Shown here: positions 37,134 through 46,469 of the stretch, piece by piece | Position numbering within the stretch: position 1 is the first letter of the stretch | How the letters are laid out: each line of letters starts with the position of its first letter | Assembly: GCA_051747585.1 (NCBI GenBank) | Contig: JBNJGH010000013.1 | Coordinates: 1 to 47,494 of the forward strand | DNA from: Candidatus Rifleibacteriota bacterium | GTDB lineage: Bacteria; Muiribacteriota; Ozemobacteria; Ozemobacterales; Ozemobacteraceae | Direction: 5' to 3' | Length of the DNA: 47,494 nt | Notes under the pieces: generated by a model | The model's input: the letters and a program-made list of their open reading frames with translations, nothing else | Database searches by the model: none | Told to the model about the DNA's origin: nothing | Program-made: the position numbers and the translations under genes

Positions 37134-37160
37134 ACCTGAATTGAAAGGACTAATCATAGC

Positions 37161-38993
37161 ATGTGTGGAATTATAGGTTATATCGGCGATAAAGCTGCCA
37201 ACAAGGTAATTTATGATGGACTTACCCGACTCGAATACCGTGGTTATGATTCTGCCGGTATTGCGGTAGTAGACGACAAAAAAATTCACGTTAAAAAAGA
37301 CATTGGCAAATTAAGAAATATCAGCAAAATGCTGCTTGATGAATTTGGATCCGAATCAAACATCGGCATAGGACATACCAGGTGGGCAACCCATGGGCGC
37401 CCAACTACCTTTAATGCGCATCCTCATGGTGATTGCAAAACAACTCTCATGGTCGCTCATAATGGAATTATCGAAAACTTTATGAAGCTGAAAAAGAAGC
37501 TGGTTGCAGAGGGACATGAATTTAAATCCGAAACGGACTCTGAAGTTCTTGCTCATCTTATTGAATCTCATTATGAAGGAGAGCTTAAAAAAGCGGTTGT
37601 TGATGCTTTAAAAGACGTTGAAGGCGCTTACGCCATTGCGGTAATCCATAAAAATCATCCCGAAGAGATAATTTGCGTTCGTAAAGAAAGTCCCCTGATT
37701 ATTGGGTTGGGTAAAGGCGAAAACTTCGTCGCCAGTGATGTGACCGCAATTTTGCGATATACAAGATCAGTTGTTTATCTTGATAATTTCGAAGGCGCAG
37801 TCGTAAAAAAAGATGGTATTGAATTTTTTGATTTGCTGGGCAGGCCTGTCGAAAAAGAACCGGTTCAGGTTGATTATAATCCTGTGGCTGCAGAAAAAGG
37901 CGGCTTCTCGCATTTCATGCTTAAAGAAATATTCGAACAGCCTCAGGTTATTAGAAATACTATTGGTGGCCGAACTTCAGAAGAAGAAGGCAAAATCTAC
38001 CTTGATGAACTCAAGCTCACAGGGCCTGATATTTATCGCACCCAGAGAATAGTTATAGTAGGCTGTGGCACGGCTTTTTATGCCGGATGCGTCGGCAAGT
38101 ATCTTTTAGAAGAGCTGGTAAAGATTCCGGTTGAATGTGACCTGGCCAGTGAATTTCGTTATCGCTCACCGCTGGTTGACGCTAATACTCTGGTAATTGC
38201 GATCAGTCAGTCGGGTGAAACCGCCGATACTCTGGCCGCAGTAAAAGAGGCCAGAAAGCGTGGCGCAAAAGTTCTTGGAGTAGTAAACGCCAAAGATTCT
38301 TCGTTAACCAGAGAGGTTGACGGACTTGTTTATATTCATGCCGGTCCTGAGATCGGAGTTGCCTCTACAAAAGCCTACATTGCAATGCTTACAGCTCTTA
38401 CCCTGCTTGCCCTAATGCTTGGAAAAATCAGATCTGTTCTGGAGCCGGAATTTGTTCAGCAGAAAATAAAAGAGCTTAAAATTCTGCCCCAACAAATTGA
38501 AAGGGTTCTTGAGCGCAAAGACGAAATAAGAGAACTGGCTGCGCATTACCAACATGCACAGAGTTTTTTATATCTGGGTAGAGGCTTAAATTACCCAACC
38601 GCTTTAGAAGGAGCTTTGAAGCTCAAAGAAATCAGCTATATACATGCAGAAGCCTATGCCGCCGGAGAACTGAAACATGGGCCTATCGCTCTTATAGATG
38701 ATCAAATGCCTGTTATGGCTATAGCGACACAATCTGTCGTATACGAAAAAACTCTTTCCAATTTAAAAGAAGTTCAGGCCCGTTCCGGAAACCTTCTGGC
38801 AGTAGTTACTCAGGGCGATACTGAAATCTCTGCACTGACTGAAAGTTTAATCGAGGTTCCTGAGGTTTCTGAAATTTTCTCACCCATCATAAATGTAGTG
38901 CCTTTGCAGCTGTTTGCCTATTATGTGGCAGATTTGAGAGGTCTCGATGTAGATCAACCCAGAAATCTGGCAAAATCTGTGACAGTAGAGTAA
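37161..38993 (+). CDS. glmS: Glutamine-fructose-6-phosphate transaminase
   Basis: MCGIIG, LEYRGYDSAG, GHTRWATHG, SQSGETADT, EGALKLKE, PRNLAKSVTVE. Confidence 0.98.
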   Translation: MCGIIGYIGDKAANKVIYDGLTRLEYRGYDSAGIAVVDDKKIHVKKDIGKLRNISKMLLDEFGSESNIGIGHTRWATHGRPTTFNAHPHGDCKTTLMVAHNGIIENFMKLKKKLVAEGHEFKSETDSEVLAHLIESHYEGELKKAVVDALKDVEGAYAIAVIHKNHPEEIICVRKESPLIIGLGKGENFVASDVTAILRYTRSVVYLDNFEGAVVKKDGIEFFDLLGRPVEKEPVQVDYNPVAAEKGGFSHFMLKEIFEQPQVIRNTIGGRTSEEEGKIYLDELKLTGPDIYRTQRIVIVGCGTAFYAGCVGKYLLEELVKIPVECDLASEFRYRSPLVDANTLVIAISQSGETADTLAAVKEARKRGAKVLGVVNAKDSSLTREVDGLVYIHAGPEIGVASTKAYIAMLTALTLLALMLGKIRSVLEPEFVQQKIKELKILPQQIERVLERKDEIRELAAHYQHAQSFLYLGRGLNYPTALEGALKLKEISYIHAEAYAAGELKHGPIALIDDQMPVMAIATQSVVYEKTLSNLKEVQARSGNLLAVVTQGDTEISALTESLIEVPEVSEIFSPIINVVPLQLFAYYVADLRGLDVDQPRNLAKSVTVE

Positions 38994-39030
38994 ATTCAAC
39001 TGGCCGGCCGGCGTAATTTTAAAGATAGTC

Positions 39031-41472
39031 ATGGAACAAAAATCATTAAGTAACCTGGAATTTGAAAAAATCCTGCGGCTGATCTCAGAATTTGCAGGGT
39101 CTAAGGCAGCTCAAGAGCAGATTTGTGCCTTTCATCCCATGGTTGATGAGGAGCAAATTCAGGAATGCCTTTCAGAGATCGACGAATATCTGGATTATTC
39201 AGAAGCAGGTGTCAAAATTTCGATTGGCGGCATTAGAGATTTACGCTATATATTCAGTGCCTTGCATAATAACGACAGTGTGCTTGAGGCTGAAGATTTT
39301 ATTAAAGTTAAAGCTGATCTTGAAGTTATGGCCGGCCTGAAAAAAACTTTCAGCGATTCTGATTCTTCATGGGTTATTAAAGGCGGCGAAAAAATATCCA
39401 GACGTATCAATCAGGCACCGTCTTTAAAGAATATTACTCAAAGAATTGAAGATTGTCTCGATGATCAGGGTAATTTAAAAGCAGGGGCATCGCCTGCGTT
39501 AAATTCTATCAGAAGAGATTATTCCCGAACTCAGAAAGAAATAGAAAAACAGCTCAATGCTTATATTTCATCACATTCAGATGATGTTCAGGATAATTTT
39601 TTTACCATAAGAAATGATCGATATGTCATTCCGGTTCAAGCCTCTGGCCAGAGTCGAATTCAGGGTATAGTACATGATCAGTCTGCAAGTGGCCAGACTG
39701 TGTTTATCGAACCCCTGGCTTTTTTGCCTATGAACAACAGACTTGCGCAATTAAAGCTTTCCGAGCGAGAAGAAATCAAAAGAATTTTTCGAGCTCTGAC
39801 TCAACTACTTGTTAAAGAAATTGATAGTCTTGAAAACATTTTTGCTTTGCTCGTCTGGCTTGATGTAATAAAAGCCAAAGTAGAGTTTGCCATAAAATAC
39901 GATGCGGGGCGACCTGAAATTTCGAAAAAGGGGCGTCTTCTTATAAAAGAGGCGCGACACCCTTTGTTGCATCCTGAATGTGTTCCTCTCGATATAGAAA
40001 TGAACGAAAAGCTCAGGGCTGTAATTATAACCGGCCCAAACGGTGGTGGTAAAACGGTTGCACTCAAAACCCTGGGCATAAATTCCTTGTTAATGCAGAC
40101 CGGCAACTATGTCCTTGCCCGCAATGGATCAGAATTGCCGGTTTTTGATCAGGTTTTTGCCGATATTGGCGAAAGTCAAAGCATAGAAAATCATTTGTCG
40201 ACTTTTACTTCCCATTTACAGCGTCTGAAAGAAATTCTTGAATTTGAGTCTGGTAAATGGCTGGTTTTGATTGATGAAATTTGTGTCGGAACCGACCCCA
40301 TGGAGGGCGGGGCCCTGGCAACCGGTATTTTAAAGGAATTTTATCGGCGCGGAGCATTTTGCCTTGTTACTTCACACTACGATTCTTTAAAGAGGTTCGC
40401 TTTTACCGCCGAAGGTTTCTGTAATGCCTCAATGGAATTTGATTATGAAAACTTTAAACCTACTTTCAGGTTTAATATGGGTTTGCCCGGGCGAAGTAAT
40501 GCCCTTGCAATGGCCAGAGTTTTTGCTTTGCCCAATGAAGTGCTTGTAGATCTGATCGATTTGCAACAAAATCAAAAAAAAGATGAAAAAGACCTTATTG
40601 AGGCAATTGAACGTGAAAGATACAGGGCTGAATCTTTAAGGCGCACTTATGTCCGGAAAATAAATGAAATTCGTTCACGTGAAGCTGAGAGCGAAAAGTT
40701 GCTAAAACAATTACGCGAATTTAGAAAAACTCGAAGAGATAGACTTACAGAAGAGTTTACCGAAAAACATCGTAAAAAGCTTAAAGAGCTTGAAAGAATT
40801 ATCAGCAAGCTGAAAAAACAGGCAGAAACAACTGGCGCTGCTTCTGCCAAAGAGCCGCTGGATACAGCTCGCAAAGCATTGTCTGATAGCAAAAAATCAA
40901 TTGATGAATTGGAAAAATCATCGGATCTAAACCAGGATTTTGAATCAACTGCTGAAAAGATTAGTTGTAGCGACCAGGTGTTATGGAAACGCAATATGGC
41001 TCAGGGTGAGGTCAAAAAGCTTATCGATGGCGGAAAGCGGGCCGAGATCGATTTCGATGGAATGGTTTTTAATCTTCCGGTATCTGAGCTTAAGTTAAAA
41101 AAATCTGCCGGCAAAAACAAAGTAAAGAAAAAGCAGAATACCGGCAGCGTTTATGTGCCGAGAAATCCGGTAAAAGGGCAGGTTGATCTTAGAGGCATGA
41201 GAGTAGAAGAAGCCTTATTGGAAGTCGAAAGCTATTTGCAATCTGCTGCCCAGTCGGGTTTGCCCAAAGTTTTTCTTGTCCACGGTAAGGGAACCGGAGC
41301 TTTGCAAAGAGCGATAACCGAATTTCTCCAGTCCGGGCCTTACCGCAAAAAATTCAGACCAGGACGCTATGGCGAAGGCGATTCGGGGGTAACTGTGGTT
41401 GTTTTCAATGAACAGGCCGACGAACAAGACAGACTCGATGAACTCGAAAAACGCCGCACCCCCGGTCGCTAA
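39031..41472 (+). CDS. mutS2: Endonuclease MutS2 with C-terminal Smr domain
   Basis: LEFEKI N-terminus, GIVHDQSASGQTVFIEP, TGPNGGGKT, LSTFTSH, DLRGMRVEEA, VHGKGTGAL. Confidence 0.95.
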   Translation: MEQKSLSNLEFEKILRLISEFAGSKAAQEQICAFHPMVDEEQIQECLSEIDEYLDYSEAGVKISIGGIRDLRYIFSALHNNDSVLEAEDFIKVKADLEVMAGLKKTFSDSDSSWVIKGGEKISRRINQAPSLKNITQRIEDCLDDQGNLKAGASPALNSIRRDYSRTQKEIEKQLNAYISSHSDDVQDNFFTIRNDRYVIPVQASGQSRIQGIVHDQSASGQTVFIEPLAFLPMNNRLAQLKLSEREEIKRIFRALTQLLVKEIDSLENIFALLVWLDVIKAKVEFAIKYDAGRPEISKKGRLLIKEARHPLLHPECVPLDIEMNEKLRAVIITGPNGGGKTVALKTLGINSLLMQTGNYVLARNGSELPVFDQVFADIGESQSIENHLSTFTSHLQRLKEILEFESGKWLVLIDEICVGTDPMEGGALATGILKEFYRRGAFCLVTSHYDSLKRFAFTAEGFCNASMEFDYENFKPTFRFNMGLPGRSNALAMARVFALPNEVLVDLIDLQQNQKKDEKDLIEAIERERYRAESLRRTYVRKINEIRSREAESEKLLKQLREFRKTRRDRLTEEFTEKHRKKLKELERIISKLKKQAETTGAASAKEPLDTARKALSDSKKSIDELEKSSDLNQDFESTAEKISCSDQVLWKRNMAQGEVKKLIDGGKRAEIDFDGMVFNLPVSELKLKKSAGKNKVKKKQNTGSVYVPRNPVKGQVDLRGMRVEEALLEVESYLQSAAQSGLPKVFLVHGKGTGALQRAITEFLQSGPYRKKFRPGRYGEGDSGVTVVVFNEQADEQDRLDELEKRRTPGR

Positions 41473-41519
41473 ATTAAAAAAACAGCACCCGGACCTTTTA
41501 GCCACAGGTGGTAAAATAT

Positions 41520-41594
<75 letters not shown>

Positions 41595-41657
41595 ATTTTT
41601 TTTTCGGTAATTATTTATTCAGGCATAAAAAAACAAACGGTGAACTATTGCTTTACT

Positions 41658-41870
41658 TCAGTAATTCTCCATTTACTAATATTAGCGAGTTTCAAGACAT
41701 TTTTGTATTTTTTGTTATGTACTAAAATTTAGCATATAAAAGATTGCTTCGTCGCTAAGCTCCTCGCAATGACAAATTTGGGGCAGTCATTGCGAGGAGT
41801 TCTGCGAAGCAGAGCGACGAAGCAATCTAAATGTCTTGAAACGGTTTCTACAAACAAATGGAGAATTACT
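41658..41870. repeat. Head-to-head doublet of family B elements (~210 bp imperfect inverted repeat)
   Basis: Left arm agtaattctccattt...gtttcaagacattt...agattgcttcgtcgct..ctcctcgcaatgac mirrors right arm gtcattgcgaggag...agcgacgaagcaatct aaatgtcttgaaac...aaatggagaattact. Confidence 0.9.
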
Positions 41871-41888
41871 AGCTTTACATTACCCTGT

Positions 41889-41918
41889 TTGACTAAACTC
41901 TTTGTATATGGTTATTAT
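41889..41918 (+). promoter_or_regulatory. Putative sigma70 promoter of rpoN
   Basis: TTGACT-N18-TATTAT. Confidence 0.4.
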
Positions 41919-41972
41919 TGAACTTAGTGTTTTAGTAGTAAATTTCAGTATTTTCAGCCAAAGGTGCCCTTT

Positions 41973-43436
41973 ATGGATAATTCTCTAAGACTTGGGTTGT
42001 CGCAAAAACTTACGCAAACCCTTAAAATGACCCCTGAAATGCAGCTGGCGATCAAAATTCTCCAGCTCAACAGCTTTGAGCTGAAAAACCAGATTTTAGA
42101 AGTTTTGGAAACTAACCCGGTTGTGGAGCTTGACGAAAAAAAATCGCGTGACAACGAAATTCCTCTCGATAAATATTCAGAAGCTTCTGCCACTGAAAAA
42201 GAAACTGTTCCTGCTTCCAAAGAATTTAAAGAGTCGGGGCGTGATGATTTTGGCGTCGATTGGCAGAAATATATTCAAGATAGTGAGAATAGCGAATATC
42301 GTGTTTCTTCAGGTAGCTACAACAAAGACGAAGAAAGCTCCTTTGAAAACTTTGTTTCTAAAAAAACTACCCTGCGCGAACATCTCACAACTCAATTACA
42401 CGAAGTAGATTTAAATCCTACCCGAAAAAAAATTGGTGAATATCTTATTGGCTTGATTGATAAAAATGGTTATTTACGAAACACTGCTGAGCAGATCGCT
42501 GAGCTTTTAAAGATAGATGTAAGCGTCGTAAAGAAAATGAAACAAATCATCCAGAAAATGGATCCATTAGGAATAGGAGCCTATGACCTCAAAGAATGCT
42601 TGATGATTCAGGCGCGTGAAGAAGGTTATTCTAACGACGCAGTCACTAAAGTGATCGACAGCCATCTTCAAGATCTGGCAAACAATAAGATTCATAACAT
42701 AGCCAAAGTTACCGGATATGACCTGGAGGAAATTCAGGCTGCCGCCGAAGTTATAAGAAGTTTTAACCCGAGACCGGGGGCAAGCTTTCCCGGCGGCGAA
42801 GATGAAATTTATGTTTCTCCCGATGTTTTTGTCGATAAAGTCGGCGGTGAATATGTAGTGACCGTTAACGAACGAGATCTGCCCAGCTTGAGAATTAACA
42901 ATCTTTATCGCGAAGCGATAATGCATAAAGATAAAACAGAAAAAGAGACCTATGATTTTATTCGTAATAAGCTTGAGTCGGCCAGATCTTTTTTGAAATA
43001 TGTAGATAAAAGAAAAGATACAATATTGAATGTAACCAAGGCTATTTGCGAAGTGCAAAAAGATTTTCTTGATTTTGGTATTTTGCATCTGAAACCTCTG
43101 ACTCTGCAAGACGTAGCTACCATGGCCGGTGTTCATGAGTCGACCGTAAGTCGTGCCACCAGCGGAAAATATGTTCAAACCCCTCGGGGGCTTTTTGAAT
43201 TGAAATTTTTCTTTTCCGGTGCAGCCCGAACTCAAGGTGGTGAAGATGTCTCAACTTTAGCGGTTAAGCAGAGAATCGATGATCTTATTAAGCAGGAAGA
43301 TCCCAAAAAGCCACTTTCAGATAGCCATATAGTTAAAATTTTAAAGCAGGAAGGGATTTATATCGCTCGCAGAACTGTTGCCAAATATAGAACAGAACTG
43401 AATATTCCAAGTTCTTCATCCAGAAAACAACATTAA
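41973..43436 (+). CDS. rpoN: RNA polymerase sigma-54 factor
   Basis: Q/L-rich region I, NPVVE, HESTVSRA, ELKFFF, PLSD, RpoN box ARRTVAKYR; ATG 41973 preferred (GTG 41964 possible). Confidence 0.97.
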   Translation: MDNSLRLGLSQKLTQTLKMTPEMQLAIKILQLNSFELKNQILEVLETNPVVELDEKKSRDNEIPLDKYSEASATEKETVPASKEFKESGRDDFGVDWQKYIQDSENSEYRVSSGSYNKDEESSFENFVSKKTTLREHLTTQLHEVDLNPTRKKIGEYLIGLIDKNGYLRNTAEQIAELLKIDVSVVKKMKQIIQKMDPLGIGAYDLKECLMIQAREEGYSNDAVTKVIDSHLQDLANNKIHNIAKVTGYDLEEIQAAAEVIRSFNPRPGASFPGGEDEIYVSPDVFVDKVGGEYVVTVNERDLPSLRINNLYREAIMHKDKTEKETYDFIRNKLESARSFLKYVDKRKDTILNVTKAICEVQKDFLDFGILHLKPLTLQDVATMAGVHESTVSRATSGKYVQTPRGLFELKFFFSGAARTQGGEDVSTLAVKQRIDDLIKQEDPKKPLSDSHIVKILKQEGIYIARRTVAKYRTELNIPSSSSRKQH

Positions 43437-43438
43437 GC

Positions 43439-43466
43439 TAAACTAATGGGTAATAGTTGCCGATGG
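43439..43466 (+). promoter_or_regulatory. Putative sigma28-like promoter
   Basis: TAAA-N16-GCCGATGG in the 64 bp gap after rpoN. Confidence 0.5.
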
Positions 43467-43500
43467 TTTTTGCAGCCTAAACTAAATTTCATGGGATAAT

Positions 43501-44355
43501 ATGAAAAAACAACAGTGGTATTTTATTTTTATACTAAGCCTTTTCGCCTCTTCTTTGCTGTATGCTTCGTCAGGAACCATAAAATCAGGCGATATTATCA
43601 GCATCTGGGTTAAAGGTGAATCGGATCTTACTGTAAATCGACAGGTAGACGCCAATGGCAGCATCGATTATCCTTTGCTTGGCTCTATAGGAGTTAAAGG
43701 TCTTGAAACCTCCGACGCAGCCTCTCTTGTTAAGCAGATGTTGCAGGATGGTTATCTTAGAAATCCTCAGGTCAAAGTTGTAATAAAAAAGAGAGGCAAC
43801 ATATCAGCTTCATCTTCAAGTAGAAATTCTACTTCTACTGAACCATTAGGCTCAAAAAATCAGCAATCAGTTACTACTTCGGAACCCGTTCTTATAAAGG
43901 TGGTTGACGCCCAATCCGGAAAAGGCATTGATCAGGCTGCATTGTTGCTTGCTAATAGAGTTTACCAGTCAAACAAACTTGGGCAGATACTGGTAGATTC
44001 TACCAGTGGCAGATTTGTTCTTATTGCTGACGGCTATGAAATAATGAATTCTAATATGGCAAAAGAGCTTAAATCCGGTAAGCCTCAAAGAATTGAACTG
44101 GCTAAAATTCCTCTTGCAGACCAGATAATGTTTCGGGTTCTCGATGCTTTTACCAGAAAACCATTGAACGGTGTTTCTGTAAGCCTGGATAATATGAAAG
44201 TAAAGACTAATAGAAATGGAATCTTTAAAATCAGAAAGTTGAAAAGAGAGTTTGGTGAAGTTAAACTGAACAAAAGGGGATATAAATCACACCGGTTGGT
44301 TGTTGATTTCAAAGGCCCCAAAGAACAACTAATTCTGATGGTGCGCGATGAATAA
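43501..44355 (+). CDS. Exported protein with Poly_export (OPX/Wza N-terminal) domain and two carboxypeptidase-regulatory-like repeats
   Basis: IKSGDIISIWV...VDANGSIDYPLLGSIGVKGL...YLRNPQVKV; Ser-rich linker; V.DA.T/S.K.I/L repeats. Confidence 0.8.
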   Translation: MKKQQWYFIFILSLFASSLLYASSGTIKSGDIISIWVKGESDLTVNRQVDANGSIDYPLLGSIGVKGLETSDAASLVKQMLQDGYLRNPQVKVVIKKRGNISASSSSRNSTSTEPLGSKNQQSVTTSEPVLIKVVDAQSGKGIDQAALLLANRVYQSNKLGQILVDSTSGRFVLIADGYEIMNSNMAKELKSGKPQRIELAKIPLADQIMFRVLDAFTRKPLNGVSVSLDNMKVKTNRNGIFKIRKLKREFGEVKLNKRGYKSHRLVVDFKGPKEQLILMVRDE

Positions 44356-44776
44356 AAACAGGTCGGGTTTTACCCTGATCGAAATAATGATTGTAGTTGC
44401 AGTTATAGCCGTCCTTACCGGGGTCGGCTTCAATTATTATCAAGATTCCCTGGTTGAAGCAAGATTAAACACCGTTAAACTTAATTTAGATACGGTTAAA
44501 GAAGCAATTTCCAGATATTTCAAAGATCACATGACTTACCCGGTTTCTATAAACGAGCTCAAAGGCCCTTACCTGCAGCAGTCTGTGCAGGAGCTGATTT
44601 TGAGTCCTTTGCAACCACTCGACAGCAATGCTCGTATTGAAATCAAAGTGTCAAATGTTGCAGAAGACAATGTTTATCACGTTGACGAGTCTGACACTAC
44701 CTGGACCAGCAATCTAACGAGCGGAAAACAGTTTAAAGATATTCGGGTCAGATTTCAGGGTAATTACCTTGACTAA
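44348..44776 (+). CDS. Type IV pilin / GspG-like pseudopilin
   Basis: Prepilin cleavage motif RSG|FTLIE followed by a hydrophobic helix; AISRYFKDH..YP. Confidence 0.9.
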   Translation: MNKNRSGFTLIEIMIVVAVIAVLTGVGFNYYQDSLVEARLNTVKLNLDTVKEAISRYFKDHMTYPVSINELKGPYLQQSVQELILSPLQPLDSNARIEIKVSNVAEDNVYHVDESDTTWTSNLTSGKQFKDIRVRFQGNYLD

Positions 44777-44795
44777 ATTGTGAGGAGGCCGGCCC

Positions 44796-45992
44796 ATGCC
44801 TGATGATATGAAAAACAGCTTAGACACTGAAGACCTTAACCTGCCTAAGGAAGGCCCGGGTGAAGAAAACAGATCAATTCTTTCTTACATTAACCCCTTT
44901 TATGGCCATATTGGAATCAGTGAAAAACTGTTGTTTACCAAATATTTCGCTACTTTAACCAAGGCCGGCATTTCTGTTTTAAGATCACTTTCGACCCTTT
45001 CGCGCCAAATGAAAACCTGGCGTTTTAGAAAAATGATCTGGGATATGAAAGAAGAAGTCGAGGGTGGTATGCCTCTTAACGTATGCTTTAAACGCAATGA
45101 AGATGACTTCGGTATGCTTTACCCCAATCTTATAAAAGTGGGCGAAGAATCGGGGCGCTTATTTATGGTGCTCGATCGACTTAGCAGCCTTTTACAAAGA
45201 CAAATTGTTCTAAGACGAAGAGTTCTGTCGGCACTTACTTATCCGGCTATTATCTCTCTGGTTGCAGCCGGAGTCGTCTTGTTTTTAATGCTGTTTGTCA
45301 TCCCTCAGTTTTCAAATCTTTTTGAACAGTTTGATCAAGATCTCCCCTGGCTGACTCAAAAGGTTATCGATATTTCAGGTTTTATCGGCAACAATGTTTT
45401 GAATTTACTCGCCGGGTTTATAGCATTCTTTATTGTAATCTATCAGATTAATCAGACTGCTTCAGGTCACAGGTTTTTCGATTGGTTAAAACTCAAAATA
45501 CCCGTATTTGGCGGATTGCTGCAAAAATATGTTATTGCTATGTATGCAAGAAACCTTGCTACGCTTTTTGAATCAGGGATCAACATAATCTCGGCAATGA
45601 AAATTAGTAACGAATCCGTCGAAAATGTTATTATTCAAGACGCCCTCGTGCAAGTTGTCCATGAGGTCGAGGGCGGTGTTCCAATTGCCCGGGCCCTTGC
45701 CCGCATCGAAATAATGCCCGAATTGTCAACCCAGATGATTGAAGTTGGCGAAGAATCCGGTAATTTAGATGAAATGCTCGAAAAAGTCGCTGACTTTTAT
45801 GAAGAAGAAATAAACTTCCTTATCGATCAGATCACTGCTCTGGTTGAGCCGGCTTTTATTGTTATAATCGGTACAATTGTGGGCTTTATCGTCCTTGCCA
45901 TGTATTTGCCAATTTTCCGAATGGCCAAAGTGGTCACCGGCGGCGGAGGTGCCGGCGGAGGTGTCGGCGGAGGTGTCGGCGGCGCAATGTAA
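44796..45992 (+). CDS. PilC/GspF family inner-membrane platform protein
   Basis: KVGEESGRL, SALTYP, FVIPQF, KLKIPVFG, VGEESGNLDEML, LVEP, AMYLPIF; GAGGAGG RBS. Confidence 0.93.
   Translation: MPDDMKNSLDTEDLNLPKEGPGEENRSILSYINPFYGHIGISEKLLFTKYFATLTKAGISVLRSLSTLSRQMKTWRFRKMIWDMKEEVEGGMPLNVCFKRNEDDFGMLYPNLIKVGEESGRLFMVLDRLSSLLQRQIVLRRRVLSALTYPAIISLVAAGVVLFLMLFVIPQFSNLFEQFDQDLPWLTQKVIDISGFIGNNVLNLLAGFIAFFIVIYQINQTASGHRFFDWLKLKIPVFGGLLQKYVIAMYARNLATLFESGINIISAMKISNESVENVIIQDALVQVVHEVEGGVPIARALARIEIMPELSTQMIEVGEESGNLDEMLEKVADFYEEEINFLIDQITALVEPAFIVIIGTIVGFIVLAMYLPIFRMAKVVTGGGGAGGGVGGGVGGAM
45941..45982 (+). repeat. 12-bp tandem repeat (CGGCGGAGGTGY) x3.5 encoding a Gly-rich tail
   Basis: Read directly from the sequence; encodes GGGA/GGGV units. 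Confidence 0.9.
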
Positions 45993-46034
45993 AGCAGGCG
46001 TTCTTGGCAACCCCATCGCCCGAATGAAATATTG

Positions 46035-46313
46035 GTAGGGGTTCAAAATTTTGAACCCCTGAATTACGCAACGATAATTTTTATCCGTGTAATACAGAAT
46101 CTCGACGACGATTACGATGACGGGCAGGATGCCCTAATGCTGGGGCGCCTGAAGATGCAGCGCGACCCAGTGCAACGATTACGACAACGAGCACGTTACA
46201 CATTTCATTGCGTAAGGGCGGACGCATGTGTCCGCCCGCTTTTGTCCAGTCATTGCGAGGAGCAAAGCGACGAAGCAATCTCTCCTCGTCATGCCTGTGA
46301 AAACAGGCATCCA
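46035..46313. repeat. Cluster of GTAG- and GTC-tagged palindromes and hexamer tracts
   Basis: gtaggggttcaaaattttgaacccct (46035-46060); gtaagggcggacgcatgtgtccgccc (46212-46237); family B core (46249-46281); cgtcatgcctgtgaaaacaggcatcca (46287-46313); acgattacgacaacgagcacg (46175-46195). Confidence 0.85.
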
Positions 46314-46390
46314 GGGTTATAATACAAGGCAATGCCGGCTTACGTGCCAGAAATATACCAGCGCAAACACCTTTTCTTATCGATTATTGC

Positions 46391-46417
46391 TAAACATTCC
46401 TTAAATAATGCCGATGA
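46391..46417 (+). promoter_or_regulatory. Putative sigma28-like promoter of the secretin gene
   Basis: TAAA-N15-GCCGATGA, one mismatch to consensus, 52 nt before the ATG. Confidence 0.62.
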
Positions 46418-46469
46418 ATAAATAGGGAATCCCATCCCTTTATCAGCAAAGACTCATAAGGAGCAGTTT

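Noticed and set aside
37134..37160. glmS ribozyme
   Set aside because: Only 27 nt separate the TPR gene and glmS, too short.
36321..37289. 322 aa minus-strand ORF
   Set aside because: Antisense to the TPR gene and glmS; Phe-rich shadow translation with no motif.
38994..39030. Tn7-like insertion at the glmS attachment site
   Set aside because: 37 nt gap leading straight to mutS2; the site is empty.
46032..46332. 96 aa and 83 aa ORFs on opposite strands
   Set aside because: They lie wholly in the palindromic repeat mosaic.
46330..46352. Sigma54 promoter (TGGCACG on the minus strand)
   Set aside because: No TTGC at the required spacing, and it points away from the secretin gene.
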